This document shows positions 7,066 to 16,379 of a stretch of DNA of 32,000 nt, in pieces; the first letter of the stretch is position 1, and every line of letters starts with the position of its first letter. The DNA lies in assembly GCA_964611665.1 (NCBI GenBank), contig CAZTAP010000002.1, positions 1-32,000 of the forward strand. Direction: 5' to 3'. The translations under genes and the position numbers were made by a program. The DNA is from an uncultured Selenomonadaceae bacterium (GTDB lineage Bacteria; Bacillota; Negativicutes; Selenomonadales; Selenomonadaceae). Below the pieces are notes generated by a model. The model saw only the letters and a list, made by a program, of their open reading frames with translations. It was not told the DNA's origin and made no database searches.

Positions 7066-7506
7066 ATGATATTGGATATAAATGAGATTCAGAAAATCCT
7101 GCCGCATCGTCCGCCGATGCTGCTTGTTGATCGCATCATTGAACTGGAGCCGTTCAAGTCTGCGGTGGGAATCAAAAATGTCACGATGATGGAGCCGCAT
7201 TTTCGCGGTCATTTTCCGGATCATCCGATCATGCCAGGAGTCTTAATTCTGGAGGCTATGGCGCAGGTTGGCGGCATTGCTATGCTTTATCCGGAGGAGA
7301 ATCGCGGCAAACTTGCGTTGTTTGGCGGGATGGAAAATGTGAAATTCAAACGTCCGGTTGTTCCTGGTGACCAGCTGGTGATGAAAGCAAGCCTCATGAA
7401 GGTTCATGGCGATTTTGGCAAACTGCATGCGGAGGGCTTTGTCGATGATAAGCTGGTTGCTAAGGCTGACTTCACTTTTGCCTTGCAAAGACCCGAAAAA
7501 GACTGA
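7066..7506 (+). CDS. fabZ: 3-hydroxyacyl-ACP dehydratase
   Basis: The ATG at 7066 (RBS GAGGAAGAGGG) is preferred over 7042. ILPHRPPMLLVDRI, HF.GHFPDHPIMPGVLILEAMAQ. Confidence 0.95.
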   Translation: MILDINEIQKILPHRPPMLLVDRIIELEPFKSAVGIKNVTMMEPHFRGHFPDHPIMPGVLILEAMAQVGGIAMLYPEENRGKLALFGGMENVKFKRPVVPGDQLVMKASLMKVHGDFGKLHAEGFVDDKLVAKADFTFALQRPEKD

Positions 7507-7675
7507 TAATGTGTTGATTTTTGGTGATAAAGTGAGCTGGTCTTTAATCAACCCCGAAAATGGCTGAATTTGGCGAGAGATTATAGGTGAGAAAAACATC
7601 ATATCTCAGGAATATATAAAGAGAAAAGGGGCTGCCAAGAGGAAGCCGTAAGGAAGATTAAAGGAGTTGGAGAGT

Positions 7676-8488
7676 ATGAACGCAGACAACAAAGTTGTCG
7701 CATATATACATGAAACGGCTGTCGTTTACCCGGGAGCCAGAATCGGTAAGAACGTTGAAATCGGTCCTTATGCTGTCATTGGCGAGCATGTAGAGATCGG
7801 CGAGGGAACAAAGATTGGCCCGCATGCATTGGTTACAGGCTGGACCAGTATTGGCAGAGACTGCCATATTTTCCAGTTTGCTTCTGTGGGAGAGGATCCG
7901 CAGGATTTAAAGTTCAAAGGAGAAAAGAGCTACACCTTTATCGGTGACCGCACGACAATACGTGAGGGCGCTACTGTCCATCGTGCAACAGGCGAAGGTG
8001 AAGAAACGCGCATCGGCAATGACTGCCTGCTCATGGCTTATACTCATGTAGCACATAACTGTGTTGTCGGAAATAATGTCATCATGTCCAATGCCGCGAT
8101 GATTGCTGGTCATGCAGTCATTGAGGACCGGGCTGTGCTTGGCGGTATGTGCGGTGTGCATCAGTTCGTCAAGATTGGCCGTAATGCGATGGTTGGCGGT
8201 GCATCAAAGATTGTACAGGATGTTGTCCCGTATACGATCGTGGATGGTCATCCGGCTAAGGTGGTAGGACTGAATAGCGTGGGGATTTCGCGTGCTGGCA
8301 TTCAGATCGAAGCGCGCCGTAATATCAAAAAAGCATATAAAATATTGTATCGTTCCGGATTGAGCCTTGCACAGGCCATCTCGATGATTGAGCAGGAAGT
8401 TGATTCCTGTGACGAGGTCGAGCATTTTCTGCGTTTCCTGAGAAATGCTGAGCGTGGTATTTGCCGTGAACGCCGTGAAAATGATTAA
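7676..8488 (+). CDS. lpxA: Acyl-ACP:UDP-N-acetylglucosamine O-acyltransferase
   Basis: The ATG at 7676 (RBS AAGGAG 9 nt upstream) is preferred over the TTG at 7667. IHETAVV.PGA.IG..V.IGPY hexapeptide beta-helix plus a C-terminal helical domain (NSVGISRAG, IKKAYKILYRSGL). Confidence 0.95.
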   Translation: MNADNKVVAYIHETAVVYPGARIGKNVEIGPYAVIGEHVEIGEGTKIGPHALVTGWTSIGRDCHIFQFASVGEDPQDLKFKGEKSYTFIGDRTTIREGATVHRATGEGEETRIGNDCLLMAYTHVAHNCVVGNNVIMSNAAMIAGHAVIEDRAVLGGMCGVHQFVKIGRNAMVGGASKIVQDVVPYTIVDGHPAKVVGLNSVGISRAGIQIEARRNIKKAYKILYRSGLSLAQAISMIEQEVDSCDEVEHFLRFLRNAERGICRERREND

Positions 8489-8508
8489 GTGAGCACTGGA
8501 GGACGAAA

Positions 8509-9315
8509 ATGGAAAAAGTGGGATTGCTGGCTGGTGTCGGCCGGCTGCCAGTAGAATGTGCCAGAGCGGCAAAGGCTATGGGCTATGCTGTTTATGCTGT
8601 TGCACTGCTGCCGGGTGTGGATCCGGAGCTTGAGACATGTACGGAAGGCTATACGGAAATCAATATAGCGCGTTTGGGCGAAATTATTGCCTATTTAAAG
8701 GAAAATGGGATTACCAAGGTGACCATGCTGGGCAAGGTTACCAAGGAACTCTTGTTCAACGGGCAGCATGAGCAGATGGATGCACGCATGATGCAGCTTT
8801 TGATGTCGCTGAAGGACAGGAAAGATGATACAATCATGCTGCGTTTTGTTGAGGAACTCGCACATGAAGGCATGCAGGCCTTTGATCAGACAGCTTTGAT
8901 CCGTATGCTCATGCCGCATCATGGAACGCTTACGAAACGTGAGCCGACACCTGCGGAGCATAAGGATATGGAATTTGCTTTTCGCATGGCAAGGGAAATC
9001 GGCCGTCTGGATGTAGGACAGACGGCAGTGGTAAAGAATATGGCTGTTATGGCATTGGAAGCCATTGAAGGTACAGATGCCTGCATCGAGCGAGGCGGAG
9101 CACTGGCGCGCGGCGGAGCGGTTGTTGCGAAGGTGGCTAAGCCAGAGCAGGATTTGCGCTTTGATGTGCCGACGGTAGGACGTAAGACAATCGAAACAAT
9201 GATTCAGGTCGGTGCAGCGGCACTGGCGATTGAAGCTGACAAAACGCTTTTGGTAGAAAAAGCTGCAGTGATTGCTTTGGCAGAAGCGAATGATATAACG
9301 ATTGTGGCGATGTAA
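8509..9315 (+). CDS. lpxI: UDP-2,3-diacylglucosamine hydrolase, LpxI type (DUF1009 family)
   Basis: GLLAG.G.LP at the N-terminus and AREIGRLDVGQTAVV...V.ALEAIEGTDA closely resemble my recollection of Caulobacter LpxI. It sits between lpxA and lpxB. Confidence 0.85.
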   Translation: MEKVGLLAGVGRLPVECARAAKAMGYAVYAVALLPGVDPELETCTEGYTEINIARLGEIIAYLKENGITKVTMLGKVTKELLFNGQHEQMDARMMQLLMSLKDRKDDTIMLRFVEELAHEGMQAFDQTALIRMLMPHHGTLTKREPTPAEHKDMEFAFRMAREIGRLDVGQTAVVKNMAVMALEAIEGTDACIERGGALARGGAVVAKVAKPEQDLRFDVPTVGRKTIETMIQVGAAALAIEADKTLLVEKAAVIALAEANDITIVAM

Positions 9316-9329
9316 GGAAGCCTGATGAG

Positions 9330-9374
9330 GCGCGGCGGATACTGCGAAAAAAGAAGTATCCTCGCGTCTTTTTC
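9330..9374 (+). terminator. Possible intra-cluster terminator/attenuator hairpin
   Basis: GCGCGGcGGATAC, a 13-nt loop and GTATCCTCGCGT form ~12 bp with one bulge and two G-U pairs, followed by CTTTTT. Located between lpxI and lpxB. Confidence 0.4.
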
Positions 9375-9402
9375 GCGCTGATTGGAAAGGGAGGAAAAAT
9401 GC

Positions 9403-10572
9403 GTGCTGAAGATCATGTTTTCGGCGGGAGAAGCGTCGGGTGATCTGCATGGCGCCGGCCTGGCTGCAGCTTTGAAAAAACAGCATCCGGATCTTGAGAT
9501 GGCAGGCTTTGGCGGGCCGAAGATGAAGGCGGCCGGGGTTAGACTGTGCCATGATTTCCGGGAATACAGCGTCATGGGCTTCTGGGAAGTCCTGAAAAAT
9601 CTGCGCCGCCTTTTTCAGCTGCGTGATGAACTGGTTCGGTTCATGCAGCAGGAAAAGCCGGATTTGCTGGTGCTTATCGATTATCCGGACTTTAACTGGC
9701 GCCTGGCGAAGAAAGCCAGGGCGCTGGGCATTCCTGTTTTTTCCTATATACCGCCTTCTGCCTGGGCCTGGCGCAAGGGACGGGCCAGGGACTGTGCGAA
9801 GATTGCTGATGAGTTTGTGGCGATTTTTCCGTTTGAGCTTCCTCCTTATGAAGCAGCGGGAGCCAGGATATCTTTTCTGGGCAATCCGCTCGTTGATGCG
9901 GTGCAGCCTGAACTGCAGGAGGCTGAGGCACGTGAATTCTTTGGCATCACGCCCCGGATGCGTCCGGTGCTTTTGCTGCCCGGGAGCAGAAAACAGGAAA
10001 TCGAGCTGCTGCTTCCCGTGATGCTGCAGGCAGCCAGCAGGCTGAAAGATGATGATCCCCGGGTGGAGTTCTTTTTGCCGGTGGCAGCGGGCATCGAGGC
10101 AGATATACTCGAGCGGATGGCAGCTGAGGCGGGGGTCTGCCTGCATCTTGTCATGGAGCATACCTATGACCTCATGCGGCTGTCTGTCGTTGCGATTGCG
10201 ACTTCCGGGACGGTTGTGATGGAGGCGGCTTTGTGCGGCCTGCCCTGCATTGTGCTTTACCGCATGTCCCTCCTGACGTATTGGATCGGGCGCATGCTCG
10301 TGCAGGTGGATAATTTCAGCCTGCCGAATATCCTGCTCGGTGAACGCATCCAGCCGGAACTGCTGCAGGATCAGGTGAACCCGGATCGTATTGTTCGGGA
10401 GACACAGCAATTTCTGCAGCAGGATGACTATCGTGCACAGGTGGCAGGAAAGCTTGCGGATGCCTGTCATATGCTTGGGGAACCCGGAGCTGCCGGCAGG
10501 GTGGCAGACCGTATCTGGCAGGCTGCAGTGGAAAATCATGAAAAACGAAAAACTATCGGGGGTAAAAGATGA
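9403..10572 (+). CDS. lpxB: Lipid-A-disaccharide synthase
   Basis: The GTG at 9403 (RBS GGGAGG 7 nt upstream) is preferred over the TTG at 9382; the ATG at 9415 is also possible. KIMFSAGEASGDLHGA is the canonical LpxB N-terminus. Confidence 0.9.
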   Translation: MLKIMFSAGEASGDLHGAGLAAALKKQHPDLEMAGFGGPKMKAAGVRLCHDFREYSVMGFWEVLKNLRRLFQLRDELVRFMQQEKPDLLVLIDYPDFNWRLAKKARALGIPVFSYIPPSAWAWRKGRARDCAKIADEFVAIFPFELPPYEAAGARISFLGNPLVDAVQPELQEAEAREFFGITPRMRPVLLLPGSRKQEIELLLPVMLQAASRLKDDDPRVEFFLPVAAGIEADILERMAAEAGVCLHLVMEHTYDLMRLSVVAIATSGTVVMEAALCGLPCIVLYRMSLLTYWIGRMLVQVDNFSLPNILLGERIQPELLQDQVNPDRIVRETQQFLQQDDYRAQVAGKLADACHMLGEPGAAGRVADRIWQAAVENHEKRKTIGGKR

Positions 10573-12299
10573 AGAATTATATGCGCCTGCTGGCCTATAT
10601 AAAACCATATGTCAAGCAGCTGGTCGTGGCAATCTTCTGTATCGTCATGGCAGCAGCAGCGAATCTTTATGTGCCATGGATCATCAAGGACATGATTGAT
10701 AAGGTTTTGGCAGCACGGGATATGATGATGCTGAATTTTATTGCTGTCGGTATCGTTGTCGTGTTCTTTTTCCGTGGGATTTTCTATTATGGACAGAGTT
10801 ATCTCGTGTCTTTTGTCGGGCAACGTGTTATTATAGATGTCAGAGATGTTATCTTCCGCAAATTCCAGCGCATGCCGCTGGCTTATTATGACAAACGGCA
10901 GACGGGTGAGATCATGAGTTATATCACAAATGATGTTGCTGCGCTGCAGAGTGCGCTCGTGGATAATCTCATTGAGCTCGTCACGGAGAGTGCGACTTTG
11001 GTAGGTTCGATAGCCCTGATGTTTTATCTGGACTGGAAGCTCACGTTTGTTACGCTGGTCACGGTGCCGATGGTCGGTCAGGCCATGAAGGTCTTTGGGC
11101 GCAAGCTGAAGTCCTCTGGTACGCTGATCCAGGAGCGGCTGGCGGATATTACCTCGCTTTTGCAGGAGAGCATCTCAGCGGTGCGCATCGTGAAATCCTT
11201 TGTGCGCGAGACCTACGAAATCAAACGGTTCCGGGCGCAGAATGAGCTGAATTTCCAGGCCGCGATGAAGAACGTGCAGCTGACCAGTCTTTTGACGCCA
11301 ACGGTCGAGTTTCTTGCGGCGATTACGGTTACGTTCATTGTCTGGATCGGCGGCTACGAGGTTGTGAATAATGTGATGACAGCAGGTTCACTCATTGCAT
11401 TTTTGACGTATGCAGTGAATCTCGCCAATCCGGTCAAACGCATCAGCCGCGTCTATGGGAACATCCAGAAGGCAATGGCAGCAGCAGATCGTGTTTTTGC
11501 CGTACTTGATCTGGATGAGACGATTACGAACAAGGCGGATGCTGTGGAACTGCCGAAGATCCAGGGGCATGTGCAGGTAGAGAATATCAGCTTTGCATAT
11601 AAGAAAGGTGTTCCGGCACTTACCGGAGTCTCGCTTGAGGCGAAGCCGGGTCAGATGATTGCCTTCGTAGGGCCAAGCGGTGCCGGAAAGTCAACCATTG
11701 CCAATCTTCTGCCACGTTTTTATGATGTGACAGAGGGGGCAATTCGCATTGACGGGTTTGATATCCGGGATGTTACGATGGAGTCCCTGCGCAGCCAGAT
11801 CGGCCTTGTGCCGCAGGAAACGATGCTGTTCAGTACAACGGTGCGCGAGAATATCCGCTATGGACGTCTGGATGCATCGGATGATGAAATCACAGAGGCA
11901 GCAAAGGCTGCGAATGCACATGAATTCATCATGGCGCTGCCGCAGGGCTATGATACAAAGATTGGTGAGCGGGGCCTGAATCTGTCGGGTGGTCAGCGTC
12001 AGCGTATGGCGATTGCGCGGGCCATTTTGAAGAATCCGCAAATCCTGATTTTGGATGAAGCAACATCGGCACTGGATACAGAAAGCGAAAAACTCGTGCA
12101 GGCAGCTCTTGACCGCCTGATGGTCGGGCGCACATCTTTTGTGATTGCGCATCGTTTATCGACGATCTTCGATGCAGATCAGATTTTTGTCATCGAGAAC
12201 GGACAGGTCAGGGAGCATGGCACCCATCAGGAACTGCTGGCACTTGGCGGTCTGTATAGTACGCTTTATCATATTCAGTTCAATAAAGCAAATGAGTAA
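10569..12299 (+). CDS. msbA: Lipid A export ABC transporter (permease/ATPase fusion)
   Basis: ATGA overlap with the lpxB stop. Six-TM ABC exporter domain, then Walker A GPSGAGKST, signature LSGGQRQR and Walker B ILILDEATSALD. Context is between lpxB and waaA. Substrate is inferred from context. Confidence 0.85.
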   Translation: MKNYMRLLAYIKPYVKQLVVAIFCIVMAAAANLYVPWIIKDMIDKVLAARDMMMLNFIAVGIVVVFFFRGIFYYGQSYLVSFVGQRVIIDVRDVIFRKFQRMPLAYYDKRQTGEIMSYITNDVAALQSALVDNLIELVTESATLVGSIALMFYLDWKLTFVTLVTVPMVGQAMKVFGRKLKSSGTLIQERLADITSLLQESISAVRIVKSFVRETYEIKRFRAQNELNFQAAMKNVQLTSLLTPTVEFLAAITVTFIVWIGGYEVVNNVMTAGSLIAFLTYAVNLANPVKRISRVYGNIQKAMAAADRVFAVLDLDETITNKADAVELPKIQGHVQVENISFAYKKGVPALTGVSLEAKPGQMIAFVGPSGAGKSTIANLLPRFYDVTEGAIRIDGFDIRDVTMESLRSQIGLVPQETMLFSTTVRENIRYGRLDASDDEITEAAKAANAHEFIMALPQGYDTKIGERGLNLSGGQRQRMAIARAILKNPQILILDEATSALDTESEKLVQAALDRLMVGRTSFVIAHRLSTIFDADQIFVIENGQVREHGTHQELLALGGLYSTLYHIQFNKANE

Positions 12300-12313
12300 A
12301 AAGGGGATAAACC

Positions 12314-14800
12314 ATGCAGCTACTCTATAATATAGCGGCAATCCTCCTGGTCATTGTGATCATTCCTGTTTTTATGGTCCGGGCTGTGAGGGAAAAAGGA
12401 TTTGTTGAGCGGATCCGTCAGAGCCTCGGCTTTTTGCCGCAGCATGCTCTGGATAAAGTCGCAAAGAAAAATTGCATATGGGTACATGCTGCTTCCGTAG
12501 GTGAAATCGTAGCAGCGAGTCCGCTCATTAAGGAATTTCGCAAGGAATTTCCGAAAAGCCCGATTTTGGTATCTGTTGTGACGAACAGCGGTTATGAAAT
12601 GGCAAATCGTATCATTAAAGATGCAGACAGCATCATTTATTTTCCGCTTGATCTGCCATGGCTGTCCGGCCATATTTTGAAGAAGGTGCACCCGAGGGTA
12701 TTTATGCCGGTAGAGACAGAACTCTGGCCGAATTTCCTGAAGATGGCCAGAAAGCTTCATATACCGGTCATGATGGTCAATGGCCGCATCAGTGATAAAA
12801 GTGTTACACGGTACCGTCATCTGCATAGTGTCCTGGATGATATGATCGGGACGGTTACGAAATTTGCCATGCAGTCACCGATTGATGCAGAGTACATCAT
12901 TCGGCTGGGAGCGAATCCGGCACTGGTTACGGTTACGGGGAATACCAAGTTCGATCAGACCTATACGGATGTGAGTGAAGAAGAAAAAGCTCAGATCATT
13001 TGTGAGATGGGACTTGGCGATAATGATGGCATTTTTTTGGCAGGCAGCACGCATAAGGGCGAGGAAGAACCGGTACTGCAGGCTTTTTGTGCGGTGCGGG
13101 AAAATTTCCCGAAGGCGAAGCTGGTCATTGCACCGCGTGATCTTTTGCGTACTTCGGAAATCAAGGAGCTTTGTGAACATCGCGGCTTTAAGGTCACGAC
13201 GCGCACGACCTTGCAGAAGCAGCCCGGAACGGATCATGATGTTGTGATCCTTGACACCATTGGTGAACTTGGCAAGGTATACAGTATCGGCGATGTCATT
13301 TATGTAGGCGGAAGCCTTATCCCGCATGGCGGGCATAATATCCTGGAGCCGGCAGCGCATGGCAAGGCTATCCTGGTTGGCTTCAACATGTTCAATTTCA
13401 AGGATACGCATGTATTGTTCACGAAGCGGAATGCCTGCATTACGGTGAATAATGCGGATGAGCTTACACATGAAGTCCTCGGCCTTTTTTGTGATGATGA
13501 CCGGCGCCATCAGATGGAGCAGGAAACACTCGCGATTGTGCGGGAAAACAAGGGCGCTTCACGGAAATCTGCGGTAATGCTGCATGAAATGCTTGATGAA
13601 TTTGAACAGCAGAATCGTGGAGCACGCATTAAGGCTACGGAAAAGGTGGAGAATTTCCAGACCTATTTCATTCATCTGGTTCATAATAAAGAAACCAAGG
13701 GGCCGTTGCTGCATCTGCTTATGGCGGTGCTGTATGTTTTTTCTGTGATTTACAGCCAGCTGGTGAATTTGAAGCTTGCAGGCTACAAGGTCGGCTTCTT
13801 CAAACAGAAAAAGCTTGCCTGTTATGTGATCAGCCTCGGGAATATTACCGTAGGCGGTACAGGCAAGACGCCAACGGCACAATGTCTTGCACGTGATATC
13901 CGGGATATGGGCTATCGCGTCGTTATCCTGAATCGCGGCTATCGTGCGAAATGGCGGGGCGAAGTCGGTATTGTATCCGACGGCAAAAAGCTTTATATGG
14001 ATGCAGGGGAAGCCGGCGATGAAGCTTTCATGCTGGCCAAGCATCTGCCGAATGTTCCGGTATTGATCGGTGCAGAGCGCGCAGTCACAGGACGTTATGC
14101 AATCGAGCATTTCGGCGCAGAGGTTGCCATCCTTGATGATGGTTATCAGCATTGGCAGCTGCAGCGCGATATGGATATCCTGCTTGTGGATGCAGTCAAT
14201 GTGTTTGGCAACGGCTATATCCTGCCGCGCGGCACACTGCGTGAGCCGGTATCCCATATCGAACGCGCGGATGTCTGCCTTCTGACCAAGGTTGACCAGG
14301 CGGCTGAGGGCTCCAGAGAATATATCCGGAGCACAGTAGAACAGTATAACAGCAGTGCGCTGATCATGGAGAGCATCCATCAGCCCCGCTGTTTCATTGA
14401 ATTGAATGACTGGTATGATAATATTGCGGGAGAAGGTATCGATGTTTCCCGCATGATGGGGAAAAAGGTCATGGCGGTATCGGCCATCGGCAATCCAGCC
14501 TCGTTTGAGCAGACACTCAGCGATATTGGGGCAGAGATCATTGAGAGCCTGCGGTTCCCCGATCATCATGACTATACGATACAGGAAATGAAGGATGTTC
14601 TTGACCAGGCGGTAGCGCAGGGAGCAGAAGCCATTGTGATCACGGAGAAGGATGCGGTGAAGATACCGACGGCAATCGTTGAGGCGAAATGGCCGATTCC
14701 AGTCTTTGTCGTGAGCGTCGAAGTAACCTTTCAAAAGGGCCGCGACGAATTTCGTGCAATGCTCAAACAGCGTCTGCAGGAGAAAATCAGGAAAGGATGA
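12314..14800 (+). CDS. waaA/lpxK: Bifunctional fusion: Kdo transferase (WaaA/KdtA) N-terminal domain plus tetraacyldisaccharide 4'-kinase (LpxK) C-terminal domain
   Basis: Single uninterrupted 828-aa ORF. The N-terminal ~425 aa carry WVHAASVGE and GT-B features of KdtA. The C-terminal part carries an LpxK-type membrane helix (LLHLLMAVLYVFSVIY) and P-loop GNITVGGTGKTP (nt 13838-13873). Confidence 0.9.
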   Translation: MQLLYNIAAILLVIVIIPVFMVRAVREKGFVERIRQSLGFLPQHALDKVAKKNCIWVHAASVGEIVAASPLIKEFRKEFPKSPILVSVVTNSGYEMANRIIKDADSIIYFPLDLPWLSGHILKKVHPRVFMPVETELWPNFLKMARKLHIPVMMVNGRISDKSVTRYRHLHSVLDDMIGTVTKFAMQSPIDAEYIIRLGANPALVTVTGNTKFDQTYTDVSEEEKAQIICEMGLGDNDGIFLAGSTHKGEEEPVLQAFCAVRENFPKAKLVIAPRDLLRTSEIKELCEHRGFKVTTRTTLQKQPGTDHDVVILDTIGELGKVYSIGDVIYVGGSLIPHGGHNILEPAAHGKAILVGFNMFNFKDTHVLFTKRNACITVNNADELTHEVLGLFCDDDRRHQMEQETLAIVRENKGASRKSAVMLHEMLDEFEQQNRGARIKATEKVENFQTYFIHLVHNKETKGPLLHLLMAVLYVFSVIYSQLVNLKLAGYKVGFFKQKKLACYVISLGNITVGGTGKTPTAQCLARDIRDMGYRVVILNRGYRAKWRGEVGIVSDGKKLYMDAGEAGDEAFMLAKHLPNVPVLIGAERAVTGRYAIEHFGAEVAILDDGYQHWQLQRDMDILLVDAVNVFGNGYILPRGTLREPVSHIERADVCLLTKVDQAAEGSREYIRSTVEQYNSSALIMESIHQPRCFIELNDWYDNIAGEGIDVSRMMGKKVMAVSAIGNPASFEQTLSDIGAEIIESLRFPDHHDYTIQEMKDVLDQAVAQGAEAIVITEKDAVKIPTAIVEAKWPIPVFVVSVEVTFQKGRDEFRAMLKQRLQEKIRKG

Positions 14801-14808
14801 GACAGAAC

Positions 14809-15546
14809 ATGAAAATACTTTGTGTCATTCCGGCACGATATGCATCGACACGCCTGCCGGGCAAGCCTTTGGCTGATATTGCGGGCAAGCCGATGATCTG
14901 CCGGGTGTATGAACGGGCTTCTGAGGCAGAATGTATTGCAGAAACACTGGTGGCAACGGATGATCAACGTGTCTATGATGCGGTGAAAGCAGAGGGCGGC
15001 AAGGCCATGATGACGGCCAAGGATCATCCGACGGGGACAGACCGTCTGGCTGAGGTCGCGGCTGCTTATCCGGACATGGAGCTTATCATTAATGTGCAGG
15101 GCGATGAACCGCTCATCGAGCCAAAGCTCATCGATGAGCTGGCCGCTGTATTTGATGAGGACCCCGGGCTTCGTATGGCAACGGTCATGACAGAGATGAA
15201 GGATGCAGCGGAACAGCGGAACCCGAACAATGTCAAAGTGGTCACGGATCAAAATGGCTATGCGCTTTATTTTTCGCGCTCGCTTCTGCCTTATCCGCGC
15301 AATGCGGTGGGTACACCGGTATATAAGCATATTGGCATCTATGCCTATCAGCGGGATTTTTTGCTGGCATATGCTAAGATGCAGCCAACTCCGCTGGAGC
15401 AGGCAGAATCCCTGGAACAGCTCCGGGCTTTGGAGAATGGCTATAAAATCAAAGTCGTAAAAACAGACTATCGCTTTGTGGGAGTTGATACCGCAGAGGA
15501 TTTGAAGCTGGTCAATGAAATTTATCGGAAGGTGGCAACGTCATGA
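14809..15546 (+). CDS. kdsB: 3-deoxy-manno-octulosonate cytidylyltransferase (CMP-Kdo synthetase)
   Basis: [21 protein letters not shown] is the canonical N-terminus. An alternative ATG at 14797 overlaps the upstream TGA. The track start at 14689 lies inside the upstream gene and is rejected. Confidence 0.9.
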   Translation: MKILCVIPARYASTRLPGKPLADIAGKPMICRVYERASEAECIAETLVATDDQRVYDAVKAEGGKAMMTAKDHPTGTDRLAEVAAAYPDMELIINVQGDEPLIEPKLIDELAAVFDEDPGLRMATVMTEMKDAAEQRNPNNVKVVTDQNGYALYFSRSLLPYPRNAVGTPVYKHIGIYAYQRDFLLAYAKMQPTPLEQAESLEQLRALENGYKIKVVKTDYRFVGVDTAEDLKLVNEIYRKVATS

Positions 15547-16367
15547 ATAAAGTAAAAGTAGCTGATTTTGAGATCGGTGCAGGAGAGCCGCTGGCTCTGC
15601 TTGCCGGTCCTTGTGTACTGGAAGGACTGGACCGCTGCCTGTATATCGGACGCACCATCAAGGAGATTACGCAGCGCCTGGGTATTCCTTATGTATTCAA
15701 GGCTTCGTTTGATAAAGCGAATCGTTCTTCTTTCAATGGTTTTCGCGGCCCCGGTCTGAAAAAAGGATTGGAAATGCTGCAGACCATCAAGCAGGAACTG
15801 CAGGTGCCAATCGTGACGGATATCCATGATATCTCTCAGGTTGAACCGGCAGCGAAGGTTGCAGATATCCTGCAGATTCCGGCATTTTTGTGCCGTCAGA
15901 CCGATCTTCTTTATGCGGCAGCCAAATCCGGCTGTGTCGTCAATGTCAAGAAGGGGCAGTTCATGGCTCCGGCTGATATGCGCAATGTTGTTGATAAGCT
16001 GCATGAAGGCGGCAGCTCGAAGATCCTGCTCACGGAACGCGGGGCAAGCTTTGGCTACAACAATCTTGTGGTGGATATGCGCAGTTTTCCAATCATGCGC
16101 AGCTTTGGCTATCCGGTCATCTTTGATGCGACGCACAGCGTACAGCTTCCGGGCGGTGCGGGAACCAGTTCGGCAGGCAATCGCGAATATGTGGAATATC
16201 TTACGCGTGCAGCGGTAGGAGCCGGCGTGGATGGACTTTTCATGGAGGTCCACGACAATCCGGAAGAGGCACTTTGCGATGGTCCGAATATGGTCTATCT
16301 TGATAAGCTTGAGGACTTATTGAAGGATGCATTGGCTATCAATGCCATTGTCAAAAAGAAGCGTTAA
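15543..16367 (+). CDS. kdsA: 3-deoxy-8-phosphooctulonate (Kdo-8-P) synthase
   Basis: ATGA overlap with kdsB. GPCV.E...........I......[17 protein letters not shown] and DATHSVQ.PGG. Confidence 0.95.
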   Translation: MNKVKVADFEIGAGEPLALLAGPCVLEGLDRCLYIGRTIKEITQRLGIPYVFKASFDKANRSSFNGFRGPGLKKGLEMLQTIKQELQVPIVTDIHDISQVEPAAKVADILQIPAFLCRQTDLLYAAAKSGCVVNVKKGQFMAPADMRNVVDKLHEGGSSKILLTERGASFGYNNLVVDMRSFPIMRSFGYPVIFDATHSVQLPGGAGTSSAGNREYVEYLTRAAVGAGVDGLFMEVHDNPEEALCDGPNMVYLDKLEDLLKDALAINAIVKKKR

Positions 16368-16379
16368 GGAGGAGCAGCC

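Noticed and set aside
7507-7675. A 169-bp non-coding gap between fabZ and lpxA, examined for a promoter, riboswitch or small ORF.
   Set aside because: Only weak -10/-35 combinations and 4-6-bp inverted repeats (TTGATT...AATCAA) were found, and no ORF longer than 8 codons. Nothing I can support, though an internal promoter remains possible.
8695-10608. Very long minus-strand ORFs antisense to confident + strand genes: 637 aa here, also 54..1235, 4653..6251, 13559..14734, 15522..16253 and 29342..30841.
   Set aside because: Each lies entirely opposite genes with unmistakable conserved motifs (lpxI/lpxB, lpxL, lpxK, kdsA, atpA). Their translations are low-complexity and rich in R, H, C and Q, with no recognisable motifs or RBS context. 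They are best explained by sense-strand codon usage that avoids TTA, CTA and TCA, which leaves the antisense frame free of stops.
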